This document shows positions 1 through 14,700 of a stretch of DNA of 64,000 nucleotides, in pieces. The stretch comes from Phoronis australis (taxonomy: Eukaryota; Animalia; Phoronida): the NCBI GenBank assembly GCA_002633005.1, contig NMRA01000012.1, positions 1,987,992 to 2,051,991 of the forward strand. The letters are read 5' to 3'. Below the pieces are notes generated by a model. The model was given only the letters and a program-made list of their open reading frames with translations, searched no databases and was not told the origin of the DNA. Both the position numbers and the translations under genes were made by a program. Each line of letters opens with the position of its first letter. Within the stretch, counting starts at the first letter, position 1.

Positions 1-733
1 CTCGTACTGTTTCAGCCTTGGTGGTTTAAAAGATCACTGTCCAAAAATCTCAACAAAAGGATTACTTTATTGACATTAACCGTACGGAATTTCTGGATAA
101 AACCCCCACGAAAACGAGACTTTTTTGTTGAAAATATCTGCACATGAGTCCAGTCTCTAAAGAGGTTGGCATCCTACTTTTTCCATCATCATCTGCCCAT
201 CAAAACTTTAATACAGGAGCCCTGGGCAAATTATAACAGTCAGCGGCGCCTTCAGGAATGCGTATGGTTGCCCCTTCACCAGAACAGCATGTTCGTGTTT
301 ACGACTGCGATGAAATCATTTCCGATACACAAGTACGAATATCTGCAGATTTATCCACCATTCAAGGTGCCGCACACCAGCTCCTCATGAGAGATACACC
401 AGCTTGCTGCTACAAACAATACATTATCTGATATCTTTTCTCACGCACTAATTGTAATGCACTGTTGTAACAACACTGTATAACGTATACAATGCACTTG
501 GTTTCGAAAACCTACAGTGTACCTCCAATTAACTCAATCCAGGAGTGCTTGATGAGCAACTGGCGCTGTTAAGGCTTCCAGACGGTGACCAGTGAGTTAT
601 TTGATTTTCTACTCGAAAATCTTCTAGTGGGTCACACTGCTCAGCTATCTTTTCTAGCACCACATGAAGATGTGCTCGAACCACGAGCAACTGCAAGTTG
701 GAGTCAATCCGTGGTGGAGGATTATGACCACGG

Positions 734-889
734 CAGTGCTGTAGTGGGGCATAGGCGCACGCACGCGCAGCCAACCAACTTTTGGCATTTGAACGTAGCG
801 CCTACGTACCGTAAGTTACGTTCAGTGCTCAAGGTTATACGGTGGACTTTGGGTGCCTACTTACCTCTTATTTTACCACTACAGCACTG
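734..889. mobile_element. 156-bp hAT-type MITE
   Basis: Perfect 14-bp TIR CAGTGCTGTAGTGG/CCACTACAGCACTG; perfect 8-bp TSD GACCACGG (726-733 and 890-897); second copy in opposite orientation at 27507-27662. Confidence 0.9.
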
Positions 890-3800
890 GACCACGGTGA
901 AAATGAGAGCAGGCTTCATTCATTGTTCCACAGCTCTTCAGTGCTTAGAGGAGGTTGACAGGCTCAGACTGCCTGAGCATTTGATCGAAACCTGGCATGT
1001 CAGTTTCTGGAAGCCTGAGCGATGACTGCTTTCTGTTTCCAAAGAAGTTGGCATTGATTCGTAACCTGACAGTGCCTAGGTACACAAGATTGGTGCAAAT
1101 TCTTATGTTTCAAACACTGTACTAGTTTATTGATGCCCCATGTCCAAAAAATCCCAGCTTCACTTTGCTATTTGATTATTGGAAACAATTTGCATCCACA
1201 GTTTAAGACATTGGTGAGAAAGAGGAGTTCGTGTCAGTATGGCCAAGCAGTTTGTTGCCCCCTTTACTCAGACCATGTAGCCCTTTACATATCAAAAACA
1301 GAGCTTAATTTCACTATAAAGACTACATGCAGAAACAAGAGCGAGGCAACTGTGAGTGAGCCAGCGGGAATATAAGTAACAATGGTAGTACGCCGGCGTT
1401 TGAATCTGTTGATAGAATTCCCAACATCGAACCCTTGTGTTTCACGATGGTCCATGTGAAACTGGACTACAGTGGGAGTTAGTTGAATAAAACTGTCACT
1501 AGATTATGTAACCAGCAAAGTCGACTAGACCAATGAACGGTTTAACAAAAATGAAGACATCATTGCCCAAGGTCGAGTTTAGTAACGCCATTGTCTCGAA
1601 GGAAAAGCAAGATCTCGCGAGATTCTGTGAGATTTCGCGTGCATTTTCAATGAAAAACGTGATTTTGGATCGCCGCGGAACAGTTATTGAACTTGACCAG
1701 AGTGTTGCTGTAGTCCCAAAAAGTCAATAAAGATCTGAGAAAAAGATGTACCACACAAGACGCAACAATATGCTGTTTTGGGGCTGCAAGAGAAAGAACC
1801 AAAATGCTGTCAGGACGTTCTAGAAAAATTTAAGAAGAAGGTAGGGGAACAGCTGGTCCGGTCAAGGAAGAGGCGAGATATCTATCTTGGGAATCTGTAC
1901 GCTATTCCTGTCTCAGTAAAAATATTGTTCCTCCAAAATTCTCTACGGGAACTTTTTTGATGCGATTGTTTATTATTGGTTTCTTTTCTGTTTTTGCGTT
2001 TTTGTGATGAGTATACTTCTTGTTTTGCAAAGTGTCACTGGTGAAGGTAAACACAGCATACTGCAGGGTGCGTTTTGGTTCTGAATTCCCAGAATACCTG
2101 AATAGATACTCTGTTCATGTTCGAACCAGGGGAGAGTTCTATAGGTGTCTCGCGGTCAGATAGATTCAACCAAAATCACGTGCCCTCGTTAAAAATACAC
2201 GGCAAGATCTCGCGGGGTCTCTAGCGAGGTACTAGCGATATTGAACTCGGCCCCAAATTAATCAGTGAACTGTAGGTGTTTTGATTTCTCTTTAAAGAGG
2301 AAAGATTTTTTAAGTACCTCTTGCAATTAAAATGTCATTTTTTGTCTTCAGGACAAATTTTACAAGTAATAATGCAAACATAGTAAGAACACAGTGGATT
2401 AAACATGGAACAGGAAACTCCAGATGTGTATTTTATTTAAAGATATATCAAACCTTATTCACAAAAATTGACCGTTTTTACAATATTTCACATATGTCTA
2501 GGAAAATACCTTATCTTCATTCTCGGGAACTTCAAATACGAATCGTGCAGAGAGAAAAAAGATTAAGCAGAACCACACTGGAACCTCACAACCTCGTGAA
2601 GAACGAAAGGTGAGAGTCGTCTCACGCCTTACCTTTGTGATTCTGAGTTCACGAACACAGCAAAAAGAGAAAAGAGATAAACCGTCACCCAAATTCCTTA
2701 ATTTGACATTGCGATGTTTCTATCTTATGTTCACGACGTGCTTTAACCGACATCTCGATTTCTGGTATCAATTTCGTACTTGGTTTCATGTCAGTTTCCC
2801 GGCGCGTGGTGTGTATAGCAATGAACTGTTGGACCACTTTATAGTGTACAATGCATCAGCTTGAACCACTTCATATGTTGGCTCCGCCCATGGCGTAGTT
2901 GGACTAGATGCATTGAAAATGGACTTGGCTAATCAAACGTTTCTGTTATAATTAAGTTAATTACGCACTGAAAATTCAGTTGACATTGAGCGTGAATGTT
3001 GAAATAATGAACACGACTAAGAGGTGTATAGGTTACATTGACCGAAAACAAGTTTTCATTGAATAGTTAACCGAAAGCCTTGACATTTTCATATATCCCA
3101 TGTTAATCGGCCTTTTCTCGGCTTCGGCAAATCGATTTGATTTGAAATTAGGAACAAGAATTCTCGAAAACGGCTCGGTGGATTTCGTTGAAACTTTCTA
3201 AAATTAATATTCATTTATCAATCTCAAAAATGTCATTAATATTTTTGATATAAAAGCCTAGTTTTTGCGTCATGTAAAAAGAAGAATACGACTGCTGTTT
3301 TTACACAAATACCTTACGTTTGCGAGTTGATTTTTTTAGAAACCAAACTAAAAGATTGATCGAAAATTCCTAACAACTTTTTGAGGTAACTGGTTTTCAT
3401 TTAAAAAAGGTTACATTAAAATCGACCGAAGGGTTATTTTGCTATGAATGAACTTTTCTTAAAAATGAAATTTTGACTTAAAAAGGGGTGAATATAATAA
3501 CAAAAGGCTACAGTTATGCCATTCCAAACATATGCACGATTCTCACAAACTCGTGTTTCTTCCTGGGAAATACATATGCACAACTTTGGAGCCCATTATA
3601 AGATGTCGACGTTGCAACATCGGCCAGGTTTTCACGAAGTCCACGCACATCAGGATCAATATTTATATTGTTACTTTGCCCACGATACAAATGAAATACA
3701 AGTCTTTAAATAAAATCATTACAATCGCAAGAGATCACCGATCATCCTAGCCGAGGCTTCGAGGATAAATGATAACTTCATAAATAATCCGTAAGTTCCT

Positions 3801-6800
3801 GTGTCCAAATAATCGCGCAGAATTCAAATATGGGTGATATTTAGTGCTGTTTTCGCCATCTACTCCCTGTTTGAAGATAAATCTGTATTTTAATTTCTTG
3901 TCCCCCATACACCGCAATGTAAATGGCCTGTGTACTCTATGAACTTCTTTTCCACATCAGTGCGCATGCGCTACCCATGCTCAACTTGAAACCCTGGACT
4001 ATGAGTGTCACTCACAGTTTTTGCTGATTTAGGGCTTGAAAACCGGGTTTTGGTTAGCTCCAACAGTCTGTTCCACAAAGTGTACAAAACCTGAAAATAT
4101 GAACAGTATACTGGGCCAAAAACTTCAAAAACATTGCACAAAGTCTGCTGAAATTGATTCCAAAGTTTATTTTCCATCGTTAACAGCTACCAGCTACAAA
4201 AAACACGAACTAAAATACATCTCAGCAGTATTCACACCTAAGTCACCATTATCATGCGATTGCTATGAAATGAGAGAGTAAATAATGGGTATCGACTATC
4301 CAGATTTTCTACAAATCCCAAGTGCCTGAAGGGTACCTCAATTTCCTGATAAATTTCAGCTTCCCACTTGCATGCAGAAAGCTTAAGAATAGTCACGACT
4401 GAGCAAAAACTGGGTCAAGGGGGTCAATAACCGATAATCTTTTACTCAGAACATGAAGCTAGAAAAGCCAACACCTGTGCGTGACTCTTGCATTTTAGTG
4501 TTAAAGCTTGTGACCCTGAGATTTCACGGAAATAGCAAGGAGAGTTTCCATTGTGAATTTCCTGTTGTCCCCTCGACTGAGTTTTGATCAAGAATTATAG
4601 TTATCAAATCAGGCCTAATTTCTTTGCTTTATTTTCTATTTGTCATTTTTGGTTGATAAAAAGTTGTCATGTAAACATTAACGTAATTTAGATGCTGAAC
4701 AAAATTCTGTGACCACTTTCGTCAACCTAACAAACTACATTTTGGGGGGTTAAATTATTTAACAGTGTTCTACGGAAATAAGTGACAATTGGTTTCTAAG
4801 TGTTTGTTCTGTTATTGCAAATGAAAAGTTTTTCTACACGCATCTCTTCTATTATAACAGAAACAATATCAAAAAATTCGATAATTACAATAAAGTTAGA
4901 TAAAGGAGTTTTAAATAGCAACCTTAAGTTTTTTCCATCAATGTTGAAATTAACAAGTTCATTAGTCTAAATGTTACAAAAACTTGCTTCCGACTGTGTT
5001 GTGTAAGTGTAGTTTGACGAAGGTTTCTAGAACAAACATAATTGCACACGCGCCAAAAGCAATCCCACGGTTGGCACCGTCATAAAATAGCTTTACCTTA
5101 GAGGGCCAAACACAACCGGGAAGGGTAATAATCTCTTTTTAACATAATTATAGTGGTACCCAGGATACTCAAAGGACTGTTTATATCGAAAATACTGACT
5201 TTCTATCACTTATGACACGTAAATTGTTTATACGTAGCCTCAGAGGCATAGTGGCATGACATAATGATACAATGGTGTAAACAGTGCACTAAGGGGAAAC
5301 AAAAAACAACTAATTATCTAAATATTATGACGTTTAAAACATTGGTGAGATCTCGCGGGACCGATTTGAAATACATCGTTGCCTAACTGCGAGTACAGTA
5401 GCAAACATATGAGACCATATCAATGGTCATCAGACTTAACAGAAATTTAATCCGGCAGATACAAATAACTTGGACACGGTTGCTTAAAAACGCAACACTA
5501 TACAACCTCTACTACGTACTGTGCAGTTTTTACTGGGTTTTGGCTGGCAGACCACGTGTACATAACTGGACTTGTGTTCTTTCTTCCACAGCCTGTCGAA
5601 GACTGTATGAAACAAATGAAATGTTGAGAGTCATTTCACATTAACAGAAAATGTATTCTGTCCCATACTTATGGCCCTTTCAGTCCCACCGAAAAGGAAC
5701 TCAAAGGTGTCAAAAATGCAAGATAGGCACTTTCAGACAAAACCACCACTTCCCTGCTTGACGTAAGCCATCATTGGATTCTGAAAGCAAATTTCCAAAA
5801 TGTTGTCCAAAACTGCTCTCATTCAACTAGATTTTGTGCAAGTCTGAGTTGTTCGAGAGCTACCTGAAATATAGCAGATTTCATATTAGTGCCCAAAATT
5901 CGATCTTTCTGTTAGTTCACACATTGGTTACTGATGATGCTTTTAAGTTCCTACTCATTTTCGTACATTGGCCTTAAGATATTTCCGGCCATTCACCTCT
6001 TGAAAAAAATATTATTGAACTATGTCGGAATATATACAGCGGTTGCCAAACGTCAAAACTGCCGCCAAATCTATGTTAACCGCGGTAGTCTAGCTGTACA
6101 GCGCCACCCTACTTCAGAAGCAAGCTGTGACATTTGAAGCTTCTACCACAGGAGGCGCTCGGAATTCGGATTTGGCTCACTTAAGGCCCGGGATTAATTT
6201 TTCGGTTTCGAGTACAAAGATTTCCACAATTACAATGAAAACATTACTGAGAGAATCAAGAAAACACCGACATCAATCCCACGGCACGCTATCACAAGGC
6301 GTACGGGTAATGTGTCACTTCACTGTGAAATAAATGCTACCATTAATAATTAGTGAAGCCTTTCAATGCGCTTAATGTATCGTTGGCCTTGCTTGCCGAT
6401 GTAATCTATTATGTTTTTATTATGTACTAACAAAACTGAGAGAACATTTCACGTTGCTAATGTTGACCTTCGTAGGAAACGATGTTTTTTTTTCAAATAA
6501 AGCTGCGTATCACCCCTATTTAGCTGTGATGGTTGAACTCCTAACCGAAGCGCTTTCTGGCATAGAAACTTTTCCACGCCCATCCACTCCTGAATTATTG
6601 CCAAATGCACCTGTAACTCAAGTCACAGACAATGCGTACATGCGTCATTTTGAAATGCGCAATTTTAGGTTTGGCCAACAGGAAATGCAATCTTATCAGA
6701 AACCGATTTTCTTAGAGCAAAAGCTTTAACTCTATTTTCAATTTTAGCCAGCCAAATAGGGCGAAATATAGATTTAAGTGATCAATATTTATTTTGCAAG

Positions 6801-8746
6801 TTTACAATTTTACAGGAAGATTCACTTGGTGTTTTGTTTACTATTTTTACTGTAAACATATGATTAGTACATTTGTCTTTTCATGATAACTATACGCCCA
6901 CTGATTTGTAATATAATTGTCGATAACTGTGTTGTTCCATTTTTGTTTAACCCTCGTGCTTAATCACATTGATCAAATACCCTAATATAAAATGAATGCT
7001 GACCTCCAGCCTCCCATTATCGGTCATAACTTGCTGATATACGAGTGTGCTGACTGCAGGAAAGAGTAAGTCATTTTGGTTTTGTCTCGTAATTTTTATT
7101 TATCCGCAGCTGTATTAAATTGTTCCCGTAACGGTTATACTCTTGTGAGGAGATACTACAGAGAGAGACATTTGTCTGTTAAAAATTGCTACCGTTCAGT
7201 ACTCTGATGAAGGAAACACAATAAAATTAGGAGAAAAAACGCCTGTTCAACTGAGATCGCCTTTTGTATTTTCAATTTAATTTTGAATTTTACGGTTTTT
7301 GCATTTTATTAGCTATCATGCCTTTCCTGGAATTGTCTGTCGTGGCCTTTTAGCGTGACACCATCTACTACCAAAAACGAAGACCGAGCCATTTCGTGAA
7401 AATTTTGCAAGTCTTCTGACACCCGAATTCATGAGTGAAATAAAACCCTGAATTCGTTTTCAACTGGAATGAATGGGCGGTTGGGTGACACCGCCATTTT
7501 CAAGAACCGAGTGCACGGTACGTTCTGCGGTTGCGTCAAAGATTTGAACAATAAATCTGTTATGAAATGAATGACCTGATGGAGTTGGCTTAAAATGACA
7601 TTGTCGGCTTGAGGGCCGAAAAACGCATTTTTGGATGGGATAGGGTGAAGCGTGAACCCTGTGTTAATAGTAAAAGTTTTGCAAGCGTCCAGCCCCTCAT
7701 ACATCAAAATATCTACACATCGTCATGTAACCTCCAAACTAATTGTCATCGTTTGCATATATGTGTCCGTCTCCGTAAGCAGAATTAGGACATTGCAAGA
7801 ATAGCGTGTATAAATTAAATTACCTGCGTTTATCCTTGATATTAAACCAAATCTGTTGCATTTGTGAAAAAAGAGAGCACGAAAGGAGACAAATTGACAC
7901 AATGTGGCTAATTTCGAAATATCGTGTCACAAAAATGGTGGGTCGGATTCAAATAAATTTGTCATTTTCTGCGATATAAGCAAATGTTTTTTAAAACTGC
8001 TTAAATTTTTGAGACAAGATTTTGATAAAAAACAGAAGTTTCTCAAACACAAAAACTAAAACAACATTTTGAAAACATACAACGTTATAGGGATTCCGCC
8101 TTCAACATTAATGTCAAGAAATGTTGTTTGCTACAAAGGTACTTGTCATGTTGCAGAAGTATAATAAAAAAACATGGTCACGTGACCCAATCAATGACAG
8201 ATTATTGGATTCTGCACGCTTTCCACGTTCGGACCAATCATGTATTCTTTCAGGGCTAAGTTTAATTTTAAAGTTGTGTAGATGTTTGCATAACTTTTTC
8301 TGTGTTGATCGTCCGACAGTATCACACTTAATTTTCTTTGTGATCCTAAATGTCAAAAAGGCACAGGGGTTTTTTATAGGACACGCCTTCTCATGACCTT
8401 AACCAGTGCAATGGCCGGGATACGATCGATGTATACATGCTGTTATTTTGGCAATTTCGTGCACTATATTAAACATTTCTTACGCGATTTCACTTTATTG
8501 TTTGTTGTCTGACAAACTGCAGGCCCATGTTGTGTGCGCTGCTTGAGGTATAATATACTGACATTTACCAAGGTGATGGTAACCTACAAATATACATGTA
8601 ACTGAATGAGACTACACTGCTTCAGTGAATCCTTTTCACATTCACAAAGAGGTAGCCGAGCGTAACAATTTTATAATCCTTTGCTTGAATGGAGAGCGTA
8701 AAACCCATCGCTTCATCACGCGTTCATTTTAATTTTACAGAGATCG

Positions 8747-11700
8747 ATGGACTCTTGGCTTCTACTAGCTCTAATATCAGGTAAGAGACCCTTCAAATGC
8801 ATGTACGGCACCAAGAAGACAATGACCTCATTTTTGTTTTGTATTAAAGGAGAATGCCACCCGATTTCATTAATCTTTTTTACCGTCTTAATCAGTCTAC
8901 ATCCACATCTCCTCGCACACGGTCGACCTTACCTCGCCGAGAGTTGTCGCGTTAACCTGTGAGGAAGGTGAGAAACGACGCAACGACGTCAGTGGTTCCT
9001 CTGCAGAGTGATTGCCGCTATGTTGCGGTGCCCGCTTGCCCGAACTATGGAGCTGCGAGGAAAGCGGGTATACCGTTTTTTCGATTTCCTCGAGAACCCG
9101 AATTGTTTAAGAAGTGGCTCGTGATGTCCAATCCCGCCGGCGGCCGCGACAGGCCTGATCGGGTTCCGAGCCACTGGCTGGAATAACAAGCGTTTTGTGT
9201 GTTTAGAACTGAAAAAATCACAAGTCTAAAATTACAACACACAGCCATGTTCTCCTGTGTGTATTTCACGGAAGAAGGATTCGAATTTATCACCAAACAG
9301 ACCCAAACTCCTGCGATCAACCATGGTAAATTGGCCTACCGAACTCTGTAGGCTACGGTACGTTGAAATACCTATAAATTCGTAACAGTGAAATAAAACA
9401 ACACATTTGTTCAAGAATTCGATACATTTGAAAGGATTTTACATCCAATTTTGATGATTTATTGATGTAAAACAATAAATTCAAGCAATAAGTTGACACC
9501 GGTAAGCGTGTTGGTGAACGGCTGAACAGACTGTGTTCGAACTGATTACGTCATTGGTTAATTTCAACACCTCCGTCTGCCGTCAGGTGTCAGGTAAAAC
9601 AACTGAATTTTCTGTTATCGAGTGAAACTACTCGATCTAAATTTATACAAAATATGTTGTTTTTTGGGTGGCATTCTCCTTTAATGTGATCAAACCACAA
9701 TTCACCGTATCTCCACGTATAATATTACGACCTTTAATTTTACCGTCACTGACAATACGAATTTATTTAAATTTCACACACTTTTTAGCGCTACAGACCT
9801 GAGCACAGTGTTATCACAGTGTCCAGTTCACAATTTTTCAGATAGCAGCTCCGCACTTTGAATTAAAGCGACACTTTCGCCTTATTCACCACCTACACGC
9901 AGATTATATCCTGAGTGTTTGTCGCTTTCAATACTCGACTTTATCATTCAGGTATCAGAGAGTAAAAATCCGTCACTGAATGACAGTAATTCTCGATGAG
10001 TTAACTTAAACCTAAGGCCAGCTGCTTCTTTAAGGTCATGCAGGACCCTCGAAACATCATATCTCAGAAGTGACTGATTGGATTAGTATGAAACTTACAG
10101 ATACTAAGCTTTTTAAAAGCATGCACTGCTTTCAAATTATTTTTAGTAATTGTTTATTATGTTGATGAAAAAACTCAAAAGTTGCATGAAACGCAAACGA
10201 AGTGAAAATTTAGAAAACTGTAGCACAGAATGAAACTTGGTCATTAATTGATACCATTGTTTTGCTATGACTGTAACTTTCTTTTCTGCTTATTTTTAAT
10301 ATGAAGCATGGTCACGTGGCCCAATTCATAACAGACCTGTATAAATTCAAACATCAAATTCTACAGGCTTTCTAGTTTCTGAAAATAGGTTAAAATCTAC
10401 AATTTTGTAGATATTTGGCGAAATAGTACTTGCCTATGAGGAACCTTAAAGAGTTCCCACCATGACCCTGTTTCAGATACATCTTTAGATTTAATATTCT
10501 TTAGTATACCTCTTGCTAAGAAATAATCCAAAATTAAATATATATTTTTTTTTTTCTGTTGTACGTAATGTGTGGAAGACCGTCTCCGCCCTTTTTATTT
10601 TTGCCAGAGTGCTATAGTGACGAATTGTGAGGAAAGACCGTTGAGAGCAGCCTTTTTCAGACATGAAAAGGAGCGTTTGTGTACGCTGTAATGAAAGCAA
10701 CTTGACTGAGAACGTTTCTGTGTTCAAATTTCCTAAATACGTGAAAGTGGCACAGAAATGGCATCGGTTTGTGCGCCGCACGAGGGTGGAATGTTAATGC
10801 GGAACAAGCGATTCAGTCGTGAACCACACTTTGTTCGGCACATTAATTTCAAGGAATCGTGTTTCGACCAAAAAACGACGTAACGATGAAGGACCCGCCA
10901 CCCTGTAAGTGTATTTGCAAATTTCGTGTATAGCGAACAAACTGCTTCCATTTCTTGGGCGAGTGATACCTGACCCAGATCGAGTGCTACGACAAGTATG
11001 CATTGTGCTTAGACCGTGCCCATTCCATTATGGCACTTGGGAGTGACCCAGGATTACTGTGGCCTTCAAGTACTTGTGTGTGATGCCCGTATACTCTCTC
11101 CTCTATGCAAAATAATTGTCCAGCTCTCGCTCAAAACCGTCCTCGTCGTCTGATCTGCTGTGTTTCGCCATCGCAACTGATTGACAAGTGACCAAACGTC
11201 TTCCATCATTTGGCTGGAAACTTGAAAATAACTAATTTTTGTTCACAAATAGAAAATTCTCTACTATTTGACATAAAAAGTGCTTATTTAGTTAGATTTA
11301 TGGAATTCATTTCAAAGTAGTTAACTGAAACCTCAGAAAATGCATAATGGAAACTCTTTAAACCAATTGCTATCACGCCAAGGAAACTTTTCAGATCGGT
11401 TTGCAGCAGAGATAATCGAACGGCTCTAGGATGTCCATGTTTAGAAAGAATATATAGAGATATGGAAGGGCCGCACAACGGTAGAAAAAAAGAACCAGTC
11501 TGTCGGTCACTCGTTGGAAAAGGAGTGAGGCACGAAATGTTCAAAGCACGAAACACCATAATGCAATGTCTCTGAGTAACTGAATTCCGTTTTACTCAAC
11601 CTCACTAGAGACTATTTTCTTACAATTATTTCCAGTTTTACGTAACGCTGTGGCAACTACCGGAGAAATAGAGGTGTCTCGTATTGGTGAAGCCGAGGTT

Positions 11701-14700
11701 TTTACAAATGAGCACGAGCGGCAAGGTGAGAAAAAAACTTCCATGGCCAAGCTTCTAAATTCCAGCTTCAAATATTCTAAACCATAGTCCCGAAAATACC
11801 AAACCCGCAGTAAAAATGTCATACCGGCGCCCCTAAATTATACACGTGTGCCGAAAATACTTCATACCCGTAACCATGAACTCCAAATACCCGGCTACAG
11901 AGTATTTTCGGTGCGAGCGTGGGGTTTAGGGGCGCGAGCATGAAACTTTGTACGGCAGATTTGGTGTTTGCTGGTGCGGGAAATGGTTTAAATCGTAGCT
12001 GGAATTAAGAGGCGCGGTCATGGAATCGTTTCTGTTCCCTGAATATGCAAATTCAAGTTTTTCTTATGTACACGAAACCAAAAGATGTCGAATGTTTTTC
12101 CGAAAAGTACGACAGATGCAGAAAGAAACATGAATTGGTACAGAACAGAGTACTAGTTGACAATCCAGAAGATGCCATGTCTGTGACGTATTTTTTCAGA
12201 TTAATTGTACACAGCTTGTCTCAAAATTTAGCGGTAGTAAGAGTGGGCGACTCGCAATGGCGGTGGTCTCTACTTCGATTCTCGTAGCTATTCATTACAT
12301 TTAAGCAAAAAACGACAGTTTAGGAAGACAGCAAGGTGTCAAATCTCTTTTAAATAACCTACATTGAACTTTTTTATAATGTTTATAGTTTACCAATCAC
12401 TCATCTTTATCTTCCTTAGCTGTCGTGCGATCAACAAGGTCAACCAATCTCCGACCCGGATCTGCCAAGGAGACACATAGTTGCGAGCGAGTGAGAGGAG
12501 TCCCCCCTCATTTGAGATCCAAACGTAGCATGGGACTGTCCATGTTTTATCAGAAATACACGGAAGCCTATGGAATACCTGTCATCGGTATGTTTGTAGA
12601 TTTATTAACAGCAGGTTTACCACCTTTCGCTGACACCGAATTCATGACAATTTTCGTCATTGATAGTTTTTGTTACACCACAACATCATTGTATTGTTCG
12701 CAGTAACCGTAGACTATAGCAGGTACCCCTAAGTTTTTTAATATTTAATGCACGAGATTATGGGCGCCCATGCCGAGTGCGTTTTACTTCCAGTATGCAC
12801 GTCTTTTGGCTATTATTTGTGTCGTTATAGTGAGGATTTTGCAATTGCAGTTCTTCAACTATTGCCAAAATTACTCGTGCCATATAGAAATCTTCTATGT
12901 GAACACGTTGAACGGCAATGCTTTGGCATTGTTAGGTAGTAAAATAAATACCAGAAATTACGTCCGAGTACACCAATCGAGGTGAGATATAAATAGGCTT
13001 AAAAACAGAAAGTAAATCCCTCTGTGGGAATTTTATAAGAAAAAAATCGAAGAGTTGAATCTGTTATCTATGATCTATCACGGTCTTTTTCACTAAAATG
13101 TCGTAACTTTGCGACGTTTTTTACATGTAGGCTAATTAGCGGAGATTTACGATCAGCCGTACGTACATTTTGGCGCAAGTATCCGTCCAGACTTAGTGTA
13201 ACAATGTAACGTATTAACAATTTAGCCGTGAAACATTATCCTCGGTGTCAACACTACGTCATGTTACAGCCAGACACCATAATGAATTCCTCCACCCTCC
13301 TTATTTACATCCTTCACATCCTTCGTATTCATACCTCGTCATTATCCGTCATCACTCTATCAATCAAATTGATAACTCTGACCAACTATAACAAACTTCA
13401 GCCTCGTCTCGTCCCCTGTCTCGTAACCATAACGACCAAAGTAAACATCCTCAAGCGTTAAAGGCGAAGGCAACCTTTTTTCATGTCATTTTTAGCAAAA
13501 ATAAGGTTCATTGATTATCCGAGACATATTTTTCACTTATTTACTGCTTTTCGTAATTTAATTAATTACTCGTCGTCTACTCCGGAAGTGACATTTTGGG
13601 AGGCAAGAATTTCGCGCCAATTTCTTTTCATATAGTCTGACTGAGAGAGCAGTCGAGTCAGTCATTGTTCTACCTCGGTTGTGATAAGTTCGGTCGTCGT
13701 TTGCTTTTGCTTACAAGTCAGTCAACATGCCACGCTGTTACTGCGTACTGGGGTGTACTCATTATCGTCTCACTTACAGAAGAACTGTCCCACTTGCCCG
13801 AGTGTCCCGCGACACACTCCCCATGAAGGATGATCTGAGCACCCAAACTGCTTACATCCTGCCGTGTGACTCCCTCGCCACACACCTGGCACCTTCCAAA
13901 TAGCTCCAATACAACTCCACAATAAACTTATCAAACTTAGGCTCACCGATCTGTTCATTGGATGACGAACTGTCCTCTTCACAGTGGGTGTCGAACTGGG
14001 CCTGTATTGACTCCCACTACTCAACATCGCTGCAGGACTGCTTGCAGGCTCTGGACTAGAGACAACAGCACAGGGCGAATCACTGCTAGTTTCCGGAATT
14101 GCACGCAATGGGGTACGTTCGGAGGCACGGGTGACAGTAGATGAAGTGCCTCCAGTCACTGTATATAGTGGCTACAGCTCGCGAGGCTTCTCTCTTCAAA
14201 AACGCACTTCTCTGGGTTGGCGACGGGGCACTGTCGGGAATCAACAGCGACGGCATGGTACCCTTCTTCAGGCGTTGTTTCGCAGGGACCTTCATCAATT
14301 CAGCGTACATATCTGTCATAATCTGACGGCAGAAAATGCTTGCCACACACTTGGTGACCTTCCACTGCTTTGTACGTTGCGTGGACGGGTAGCGCTGCGT
14401 TCTTCACATGAACGAGCTAGCCAAGTACGGCGAAGTGTGCCATCCTTCGGAAAGCGACGCAAGGTACCCAAAGCGCGTGTGAGACGATAATGAGTACATC
14501 CCCGCACGCAGCAAAATGCAGCGTGGCATGTTGACTGATTTGTAAACAAAAGCAAACGACGACCGAACTTATCCCAACCGAGGTAGAACAATGACTGACT
14601 CCACAGCTCTCACAGTCAGACTATAATGAAAAGAAATTGGCGCGAAACTCTTGACTCCCAAAACGTCACTTCCGGAGTAGAGGACGAGAAATTAATCAAA

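Noticed and set aside
1960-2047. Hydrophobic signal-peptide-like stretch ending at a GT donor (MSILLVLQSVTGE)
   Set aside because: T-rich sequence gives hydrophobic translations by chance, I identified no dedicated downstream exon, and the peptidase already has its own start exon.
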